Under the pieces are notes generated by a model. The model saw only the letters and a program-made list of their open reading frames with translations. It had not been told where the DNA came from and did not search any database. Shown here piece by piece: positions 57,597 to 64,000 of a stretch of DNA of 64,000 nt (the first letter of the stretch is position 1; each line of letters starts with the position of its first letter). Source of the stretch: Flavobacteriales bacterium (GTDB lineage Bacteria; Bacteroidota; Bacteroidia; Flavobacteriales_F; PHOS-HE28); the NCBI GenBank assembly GCA_016721005.1, contig JADKJM010000004.1, positions 177,701-241,700 on the forward strand. The letters are read 5' to 3'. Both the position numbers and the translations under genes were made by a program.

Positions 57597-57704
57597 TTAG
57601 TTCCAAATGGTATGAGATCATGCGGAGGTGCAATGACCAATGCACGCGCGATCATGGCTACGAGGGCGCAGGGTCCGCACGCACCGCACGAAAGCCACGC
57701 ACGT

Positions 57705-57789
57705 GCGAGACCCGGCGGAGGTTTTCGCACGGGGGCCATGATCGCGAACCGCTTACGGTGGGGGTGGACACCCTGCCGAGGTTTAGAGG
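57705..57789. repeat. About 85-bp dispersed repeat, copy a (copy b at 59224..59308)
   Basis: gcgagacccggcggaggttt..gggggccatgatcgcgaaccgctt.cggtgggggtggaca.cctgcc... About 90% identical between the two copies. Confidence 0.8.
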
Positions 57790-57945
57790 TTTGGGTGGAC
57801 ACCCTGCGATGGTCTAATGCGGTGATCTGGCCCTGCGAGCAAGGCCCCGAAGACGTCGGAACGTTCGTAGGCTTTGGCCCCGTAGGCTTAAGATCAGCTC
57901 ACACCCTGTCAAAGCTTAAGAAGGAGGTATCCTGTGCGGGGCTGG

Positions 57946-58767
57946 TCAATAACATTCAGCGTTTGGTTCGAAATATTCCAGCCAGCCTTGTAGCGACTTG
58001 TAGACGTAGAGTTCACGACGTCTGTTGTGCATGATCGCATAGCGCCCATCGTCCAGCAAGAGAGGCGTGTAGCCATATTCGATCTTCTCAAAGCACTGCT
58101 CCATTCGTTCGTCCACTGTACCATGGATATGTATGTACAGGACCAAACTGTCATACTCAGGTGTTAGATCGGCGTTAGGCTCATAATACGACACCTCCCG
58201 CACTTCGTCCACCGAGACCCATTTGTCGAAGGATGTGATACGAGCGTCCACCGCAGTTGGGGCCATCTCAAGCGCATAGACTTGGATCAACAGGTCATGG
58301 AATTGACCCAAGAGATTCGAAAGACACTTGTCCTGGTATGTCTTTGACGAGGAAAGGGCGCGGTTGACCCATTCTTTCATCCGCTGATTGGAAAGCCATA
58401 CGCGCCGAACAAGTGAATCATTCTCAAACACACGAACGAACCATGGGACTTGTGCAGAGGGGAGTGAGTCACTCCCATAAGTGGAAAAGCCATGGGACAT
58501 GGAAAGGTCGCCCAAGAGTGCTGGGTACACAACCTTGCCCAGGTCACAATGTTGATTCTCGAATAAAGGGTAGGGGCAGACCGGAGTTCCCCAGACCTCT
58601 TGGCAAACAAAGGACTCTGACAGTGTTCTGTCCGAAAAGACAATTGGCAACGATGCGATGATCGAAGGATATCCCTGTTCAATAACCAGAGCATTCAGAC
58701 CCGTCTGTGCCCAAGAAGAAGTTACAATGGCAAGTGCCATTGCGAGAATGGCTATTGTTCTGACCAT
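57946..58767 (-). CDS. Hypothetical secreted protein in a lower-GC islet
   Basis: 273 aa with signal peptide MVRTIAILAMALAIVTSSWAQ. Noticeably AT-richer than the surrounding DNA. Weak metallophosphoesterase-like hints (GDLSMSHG, HIHGTVDE), not convincing. Confidence 0.5.
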   Translation of the reverse strand: MVRTIAILAMALAIVTSSWAQTGLNALVIEQGYPSIIASLPIVFSDRTLSESFVCQEVWGTPVCPYPLFENQHCDLGKVVYPALLGDLSMSHGFSTYGSDSLPSAQVPWFVRVFENDSLVRRVWLSNQRMKEWVNRALSSSKTYQDKCLSNLLGQFHDLLIQVYALEMAPTAVDARITSFDKWVSVDEVREVSYYEPNADLTPEYDSLVLYIHIHGTVDERMEQCFEKIEYGYTPLLLDDGRYAIMHNRRRELYVYKSLQGWLEYFEPNAECY

Positions 58768-58994
58768 GAAGTGAATGCTCTTTGTCTTGGTGTATTGATC
58801 GGGTCCTTGAGTAGATCTTGGAAGAAAGACTTCGGGGGCTCATGCGTGGTCGGTGTTAGAACAAGGCTGCCATTTGCTTGTGAAATTGCCCCAAACTGGA
58901 CTGTTAGAACGATTTGGTACAGTCCGCCGTTGGAATTCAACCGGATCAAAGAAAGTTGGCGCTCGGTTCGGACAAAAGGCATTGGACTGCCTTA

Positions 58995-59037
58995 GACCTG
59001 CGCAGGGTCTCCACCCATCGCCACCCTTGACGACAAC
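58995..59037. repeat. About 43-bp repeat containing the AGACCTGCGCAGGGTCT palindrome (second copy at 59675..59718)
   Basis: agacctgcgcagggtctccacccatcgccacccttgacgacaacc versus agaccagcgcaggctctccacccatcgccacccttgccgaaaacc. Confidence 0.8.
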
Positions 59038-59223
59038 CTCCGAAGGGTCTCCCGCCTCGGGGACCCTGCGGCACAAAGACGATCTGGAGTTGTTCACCAT
59101 GCTGCACTCTTGCTACCAAGGTAACCGTACTCCTGATACGCCAACACGGGCACCCCATGTGCATCGCCCTGGACGTTACGATGTCGCAGGGGTCCGCCTT
59201 GCCCGCGCGCTGTTCACTGCGCG

Positions 59224-59308
59224 GCGAGACCCGGCGGAGGTTTGGGCGCGGGGGCCATGATCGCGAACCGCTTTCGGTGGGGGTGGACAGCCTGCCATGG
59301 TCTGATCT
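59224..59308. repeat. About 85-bp dispersed repeat, copy b
   Basis: See copy a at 57705..57789. Confidence 0.8.
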
Positions 59309-59337
59309 AAAAGGTCTTGCCAACGCCTTAACCTGGG

Positions 59338-59592
59338 TCAGAATGCATGTTCCGATGCATAGTGTCCACATTCGTAACCATTCCTATATGTACCACAAAC
59401 CGCAGGTGTAGTGCTGTTATGATATTGATCACAACCACATCTATCGTAGTGGTCACATTTGCCCGTACCCTCAGGCCTGTCCTGCCCTTGATGTGCAAGG
59501 AGGATCTGTTCCGCTTCCAATTGAAGTTTCTTGATCTCCTCACGGATCTCGGAGAATCGCTTCTGGGCGTCTTGGAAATTGAGGTCTGTCAT
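59338..59592 (-). CDS. Small Cys-rich hypothetical protein
   Basis: 84 aa. The C-terminal half contains CDHYDRCGCDQYHN...CGTYRNGYECGHY. Lies in an AT-richer stretch. Confidence 0.35.
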   Translation of the reverse strand: MTDLNFQDAQKRFSEIREEIKKLQLEAEQILLAHQGQDRPEGTGKCDHYDRCGCDQYHNSTTPAVCGTYRNGYECGHYASEHAF

Positions 59593-59753
59593 TGGTGGTT
59601 GGTAGTTGTTACGGTTTGTCCAATGGCCTCCGCCGGTTTACGGAGAACCAGCCGGAAGTTAGAAATAGAATTCAGACCAGCGCAGGCTCTCCACCCATCG
59701 CCACCCTTGCCGAAAACCCATTTCAGGACGAGCCATGATGAAGATGGTGATGC

Positions 59754-60196
59754 TCATGCCGGGACTGTCAGGCGAGGTAGCAGGATCACATCGCGCGGAA
59801 GTTCAAAGGCCAAACCGGGCCGCGCGAGATCCAACGATACTTCTTCATATCCATCGGGGAACTCCTCCCACCCAGTGCAGAACAGCCTCAGCGGTGCTAC
59901 CTGCAATTGCTCCATCAGGTAGTCGAGCAAAGCATGGACATCCTTCACAGCCTTTGTATGCTCATCAACTTTTCAGGTCGCGTTCTCTCCAAGTGCGAAC
60001 TATCGTAAGCGATAGAACACGCACATCCCATCCACCCACCGGCCTGATAGATGAGCGATGTTCCAAGCACACCCATGACCTGCGCATATTCGGCAGGGGT
60101 AGCGGCCAGTAGTTCTACATGGAAACCGGGGGCCTCCTTTTGAAAGGTGACTTCGCGCAACTTCGCGTTCGTCCCGATGTGGATGTGTTGACACAT
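59754..60196 (-). pseudogene. Hypothetical gene apparently split by a frameshift
   Basis: Two adjacent minus-strand ORFs (59945..60196 and 59754..59948) abut at a frame change and together would give about 147 aa. No motif recognised. Confidence 0.3.
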
Positions 60197-60266
60197 AAGA
60201 CGTTGATGTGCTTAGCCCCTCATCATCCCCAACACCTTCTCCACCGCATCCACCCCGCTTCGTTCG

Positions 60267-60650
60267 CTAAAGTAGCTGCCTCCTCCACACTACAAGCTGG
60301 TACACATACCCGCCTGCGAAGAGCAGCCGCAAGGCCACGGAGGCCCATGCCAGTGGCTTCAGTATTCCGGTGAGGATCCAGTGGATATCGCAGCCGGTAG
60401 TGAAGAGCAGGTAGAAGAGCGTGCCCACAAGCACGGCCGTGAGCGCAGGGTTCGCCGGGCTGTTGCGGGCGATCAGGTTCATCAGTCCGAAGGCGAAGCA
60501 AATGCCGCTTAGGCCTTTCACGATCACCAGTGCCGCTTGTCCGGGTGTCTCTATGAAGAGGTACACCGCAAAGCCGGTGAAGAAAAAGAAAAGCGCGCCA
60601 ATGAGGACGTGAAAGGCGCCGACGAAAAGCATGAAGCGGTTGCGGGGCAT
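60267..60650 (-). CDS. Small hypothetical membrane protein
   Basis: Four predicted TM helices. Start taken at MPRNRFMLFVGAF. Confidence 0.45.
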   Translation of the reverse strand: MPRNRFMLFVGAFHVLIGALFFFFTGFAVYLFIETPGQAALVIVKGLSGICFAFGLMNLIARNSPANPALTAVLVGTLFYLLFTTGCDIHWILTGILKPLAWASVALRLLFAGGYVYQLVVWRRQLL

Positions 60651-60671
60651 TTGAGGTGAGCCAGCTTTCAA

Positions 60672-60965
60672 CTAAGGTAGCTCCCCGAACAGATCCATCC
60701 ATTCCGGGTTCAGACCTTCTATCAAGGCGACCTTGTTCCGTCGTGGCCCGCCCTTCAGTTGCTTCTCGCGTTCGATCGCTTTCACCATGCCATCGATCTT
60801 CTCGTAGTACACGAGCTTGTCCAGGTTGTATTGCGCGGTGAAGCTGCCTGCGTAGTGCTTGCTCTTGTGTTTGGCTATTCGGCCCTTGATGTCGGAGGTC
60901 ACACCGATGTACAGCACGCCGTCGCGGCGGTTGGTGGTGATGTACACCCAAGCGGTCTTTGCCAT
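60672..60965 (-). CDS. GIY-YIG nuclease-family protein (small stand-alone URI domain)
   Basis: WVYITTNRRDGVLYIGVTSDIKGRIAKHKS contains the GIY...YIG motif. Length 97 aa. Confidence 0.8.
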   Translation of the reverse strand: MAKTAWVYITTNRRDGVLYIGVTSDIKGRIAKHKSKHYAGSFTAQYNLDKLVYYEKIDGMVKAIEREKQLKGGPRRNKVALIEGLNPEWMDLFGELP

Positions 60966-61013
60966 CGTTCGCGGTCGTCAGGTGGCAAGATCGCTTCAGG
61001 CGGGTTACCGCCT

Positions 61014-61057
61014 TCGCGATGACCGGCTTCGGCAATATTACCGAAGCCGGTCATCGC
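61014..61057. promoter_or_regulatory. Perfect 18-bp stem / 8-nt loop hairpin upstream of the GIY-YIG gene
   Basis: cgcgatgaccggcttcgg-caatatta-ccgaagccggtcatcgcg. Confidence 0.6.
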
Positions 61058-61064
61058 GAGGGCC

Positions 61065-61300
61065 GTAGGCCCGAAGCGATCTCGCAGGCGCGAAGCGCAA
61101 CCGCACACGCTGGAAGCAGTAGGCGCGAAGCGCAACCGCTCATGCTGTTAACCGCAGGCCCGAAGCGATCTCGTAGGCGCGAAGCGCAACCGCACATGCT
61201 GTTAACCGCAGGCCCGAAGCGATCTCGTAGGCGCGAAGCGCAACCGCACACGCTGGAAGCAGTAGGCGCGCAGCGCAACCGCTCGTCCTGGTGACGCATG
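61065..61300. repeat. Complex tandem repeat; core AGGCGCGAAGCGCAACCGC occurs 6 times with alternating tails
   Basis: Units ...taggcgcgaagcgcaaccgc(a/t)c(a/g)(c/t)(g/c)ctg + [gaagcag | ttaaccgcaggcccgaagcgatctcg]. Confidence 0.8.
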
Positions 61301-61456
61301 GCGGATCCGGGGTCTTGTCGTTTACGGATGCTACCACCCTGTGAAACCGCTCGGGGGCGGTAGCGCTTTCGAGGTGTGCGGAGACAGCCCTGAAGAATTG
61401 TCGGCGTGATGTCCCGGATCCTCCTAGGTTTGACGGATCGGACCAACGAACCCACC

Positions 61457-62509
61457 ATGATGCGTAACCTCCCAATGATCACCCTCATGCTGAGCATGGC
61501 GGTGGGTACCTCCACGAACGCGCAGAACTGCGCATTGAACCTCCACGATGGTGCGAAGAGCACCTTGAGCATACGGACCTTCAGCACGCCGATGTTCGTG
61601 GACCCGAAGTTCATGAAGATGAATGACGATAAGAAGGACGAGGCCGTGGCCGCCTTCAACGCCGGTGTGGCCGCAGGCACGGTACCCGCGGCCTCCGCCT
61701 CGGATATGGTCTTCACCTTGAAGAAGTCCGTGACCGATGCCGGTGATGAGTACGCGATCGGCTACAACGTGGCCGGCGTGGATTACTTCAGCTACGTGGT
61801 GTGCCGCAACGATACGCTCTTCATCGCCCGCAACCGCGGCGTGGTGTTGGTGGGCCCGCCGGAGAACCCGATCGGTTTCACCATCCAGGGCGTGCAACGG
61901 ATCCCCTTGCACATGAAGGTGGGCGATGTGCTGCCGTCCTATGAGGATGTGAGCATGCTCTTCCCCACCAAAGCGGATGTGAAACTGAAGAAGAAGGTGT
62001 TCTCACACATGACCACCAATACCAGCCATGAGTTCGGCTGGGCCACCGATTCGCAGACCGGCGAGACCGGCTTCGGCAACTACACGCGCACCACCACCAA
62101 GGCGGTGTACGACGACATCGATGTGGACGCGCGGCAGACGCTGCAGTTCAGCAGCCACAGCCTGCAAGGCATGAACGCCGTGGTGACCGGTGAGGAGGAC
62201 GTGACCGTGGATGGAAAGACGTACAAGGCCTACATCATCGAATCGGAATCGTGGACCAAGGGAGAGATGAAGACCACCTACGAAAGCGCCGATGCCGCAG
62301 TGGCCAAGGCAGCGGATGCTGCGGCTGCGAAGTTGCAGGAGAAAGGGGAGCGCAAAATGGTGAAGCGGTCGTTGACCAACGAACTGGGCTACGTGGTCAT
62401 GTACAGCAAGATGTGGTTCGTGCCCGAAATGGGCGGCGCGGTGCTCACCGAGAGCTACGACCCCAGCGGTGGCATCACCACCTTGGTGCGGTTGGTGAAG
62501 TTCGAATAG
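61457..62509 (+). CDS. Hypothetical secreted protein
   Basis: Trimmed to MMRNLPMITLMLSMAVGTSTNAQ, a signal peptide. About 350 aa, no motif recognised. Confidence 0.5.
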   Translation: MMRNLPMITLMLSMAVGTSTNAQNCALNLHDGAKSTLSIRTFSTPMFVDPKFMKMNDDKKDEAVAAFNAGVAAGTVPAASASDMVFTLKKSVTDAGDEYAIGYNVAGVDYFSYVVCRNDTLFIARNRGVVLVGPPENPIGFTIQGVQRIPLHMKVGDVLPSYEDVSMLFPTKADVKLKKKVFSHMTTNTSHEFGWATDSQTGETGFGNYTRTTTKAVYDDIDVDARQTLQFSSHSLQGMNAVVTGEEDVTVDGKTYKAYIIESESWTKGEMKTTYESADAAVAKAADAAAAKLQEKGERKMVKRSLTNELGYVVMYSKMWFVPEMGGAVLTESYDPSGGITTLVRLVKFE

Positions 62510-62673
62510 CGCGGCGCCCGGGCGGAGGTTGAACGCACCGTTGTGGTGTAAGGAGCAAGGAGGATCGCGAAGTGAGTTCCGTCATGGCGCGTCACCGGCC
62601 GAAGTATTTCCTTGTGGTATCCGATGTGATCACACCAAGGTGCTCGCGTTCACACTAACAACACATTTCCATC

Positions 62674-62994
62674 ATGGCGAACTTCGAAGTGTACACCGAC
62701 AAGGCGGGCCAGACCCGTTTCCGTTTGAAGGCCGGCAACGGCGAGATCATCCTCAAGAGCGAGGGCTATACCACGCGCCGCTCGGCGCTGAACGGCGTGG
62801 CCAGCGTGAAGAAGAACGCGCTCGTGGCGATGCGCTTCGAGCGCAAGGAGACCAAGGCCGGTTCCTCCTTCAACCTGAAAGCCACCAACGGCCAGGTGGT
62901 GGGCACCAGTGAGGTTTACAACAGCGCGCAGGCGCGAGACAAGGGCATTGCCAGCGTGCAGGCCAACGCACCGAAGGCGGAGGTGAAAGGGTAG
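62674..62994 (+). CDS. YegP/DUF1508 (UPF0339) family protein, tandem two-domain form
   Basis: Two repeats of the ~50-aa unit (FEVYTDKAGQTRFRLKAGNGEIILKSEGYTTRRSALNGVASVKKN and FNLKATNGQVVGTSEVYNSAQARDKGIASVQANA). Confidence 0.75.
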   Translation: MANFEVYTDKAGQTRFRLKAGNGEIILKSEGYTTRRSALNGVASVKKNALVAMRFERKETKAGSSFNLKATNGQVVGTSEVYNSAQARDKGIASVQANAPKAEVKG

Positions 62995-63021
62995 GAGCGG
63001 ACTTCTTGTTCGAGGAAGCCC

Positions 63022-63741
63022 TCACTTCTTCTCGAACACCAGCCACTCGCTCTTGGCTCCCAGTTGCAGGAGCAAGTTGTTGATGTCGTGTACGAAGGCA
63101 TCATCGCCGCAGACATAGAAGTGCTGATCGAAATTCCCGACCAGCGTTACCAGCAGGTCGCGGTCGATGCGGCGTTCGTGGAAACCGATCACATGTTCGC
63201 GCGTGAAGACCATGAGGAAACGCTTGCCGAGCAATTTGATGAACTCCTCGTCCAGGATCACATCGGAGGCGGTGCGGTTGGTGACGAGCAGGGTGTTGTC
63301 CGCCAGTTCCCCTTTGCGCGCCAGGTCCCGCAGGATGGCCACGAAGGGCGTTACGCCCGCGCCACCGGCAATGAAGAAGCCGGGTCCTTGGTAGGTGATG
63401 GCGCCGAAGACCTCGTGCAACAAGAGCTCATCGCCGGCGTGCAGTAGGGCCATGCGCGCCGTCACGCCCTCACGGTCCGGATAGATCTTGATGATGAACT
63501 CCAGCCGCTTCGCCGTGGGCAGGTTGGTGAAGGTGAAGGGTCGGCGCTTCTCGGTCCAGCCCGGTTGGTTGATGGCGACCTTGGTGGCTTGGCCGGGCTT
63601 GAAGATGTACTTCCGTGGGCGCTCCACCACGAAGCGTTTCACGTTCGGGGTGATGTACTCCGTGCGGATGATCTTCACCACATGCGGTCCTGCGGCACTT
63701 GGCACCGGCTCTCCTTTTTTCGTCTGTGCTCCCTCCTCCAT
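63022..63741 (-). CDS. Ferredoxin-NADP reductase-like FAD/NAD(P)-binding oxidoreductase
   Basis: FAD-binding RxYS-like segment (RRPFTFTN). GG motif of the NAD-binding domain (FFIAGGAGVTPFVAIL). C-terminal YVCGDDAFV. Confidence 0.65.
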   Translation of the reverse strand: MEEGAQTKKGEPVPSAAGPHVVKIIRTEYITPNVKRFVVERPRKYIFKPGQATKVAINQPGWTEKRRPFTFTNLPTAKRLEFIIKIYPDREGVTARMALLHAGDELLLHEVFGAITYQGPGFFIAGGAGVTPFVAILRDLARKGELADNTLLVTNRTASDVILDEEFIKLLGKRFLMVFTREHVIGFHERRIDRDLLVTLVGNFDQHFYVCGDDAFVHDINNLLLQLGAKSEWLVFEKK

Positions 63742-64000
63742 GGTTCAAAGATGGCGATAGGGGATGGGCGGCCCAACGCGCACCGCCCATGTCAAGGTCC
63801 CGCACGCCGCGCACGCCACGCGAGTCCGTAGAGCACTGCGAGCACGAGGAGCGGACCGCCGATCACCTCGAACCAGCACGGGTACATAGTGGTCTACCAA
63901 GCCTGAATGACGAAGAGCACGAAGGCCAGTCGCCGATCCATTCGCGCCGCCATGTTCGGACCCGTGCGGAATACCCGGAGAACCGTGCGCGCCCGGCACA

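Larger units (their letters stand above)
55540..57610 (+). mobile_element. Second, unrelated IS630-family element (about 1.19 kb) carrying a nested IS5/IS427-group insertion
   Basis: Inverted repeats ATACCATTTGGAA at 55537-49 and TTCCAAATGGTAT at 57601-13, with TA flanks. Internal transposase on the plus strand. Confidence 0.65.

Noticed and set aside
63745-63999. 84-aa minus-strand ORF at the right edge, and a 31-codon possible small membrane peptide (MYPCWFEVIGGPLLVLAVLYGLAWRARRAGP) near 63783-63878
   Set aside because: There is no supporting motif or context. Too short and too GC-rich to call with confidence.

Overview
This window is visibly GC-rich and comes from a Bacteroidota chromosome. 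The phylum call rests on type IX secretion (T9SS) hallmarks: a PorP/SprF gene, a SprB-repeat giant adhesin with a type-B C-terminal domain, and several type-A T9SS sorting domains. I could not run homology searches; product calls come from motifs I recognise in the translated ORFs.

Positions 1 to about 45.6 kb are ordinary core genome, tightly packed and often translationally coupled:
- Housekeeping genes: ribD (partial, runs off the left edge), prmC, ligA, dapA, rimM, trmN6-like methyltransferase, pckA, miaA, nusB, yajC, coaE and a Leu/Phe/Val dehydrogenase.
- Envelope and secretion genes: a DUF4476 + CsgG-family + 2x LPP20 lipoprotein operon, and a CotH / PorP / SprB-like T9SS cargo cluster.

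Positions 45.6 to about 61.3 kb are an accessory region that looks like a mobile-element graveyard:
- Two decayed copies of one IS630-family element, both with frameshifted transposases and TA target duplications.
- A third IS630-like element carrying a nested IS5/IS427-group insertion.
- About 2 kb of 21/22-bp GC-rich minisatellite arrays separated by related spacer sequences; one IS copy has inserted into an array.
- A family of short palindromic repeats with a CCTGCGCAGG core.
- Gene remnants (a GNAT 3' end and a T9SS C-terminal domain fragment) and a low-GC islet.

No tRNA or rRNA genes, no CRISPR array, and no recognisable defence system (restriction-modification, toxin-antitoxin, Cas, reverse transcriptase or helicase/nuclease operon) were found. 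Many long ORFs in the six-frame track are antisense or frame artefacts typical of GC-rich DNA and were not called.

The observations most worth a second look are the DUF4476-CsgG-LPP20-LPP20 operon, which may be a non-curli CsgG-type export module, and the punctuated minisatellite locus with its palindromic repeat family.
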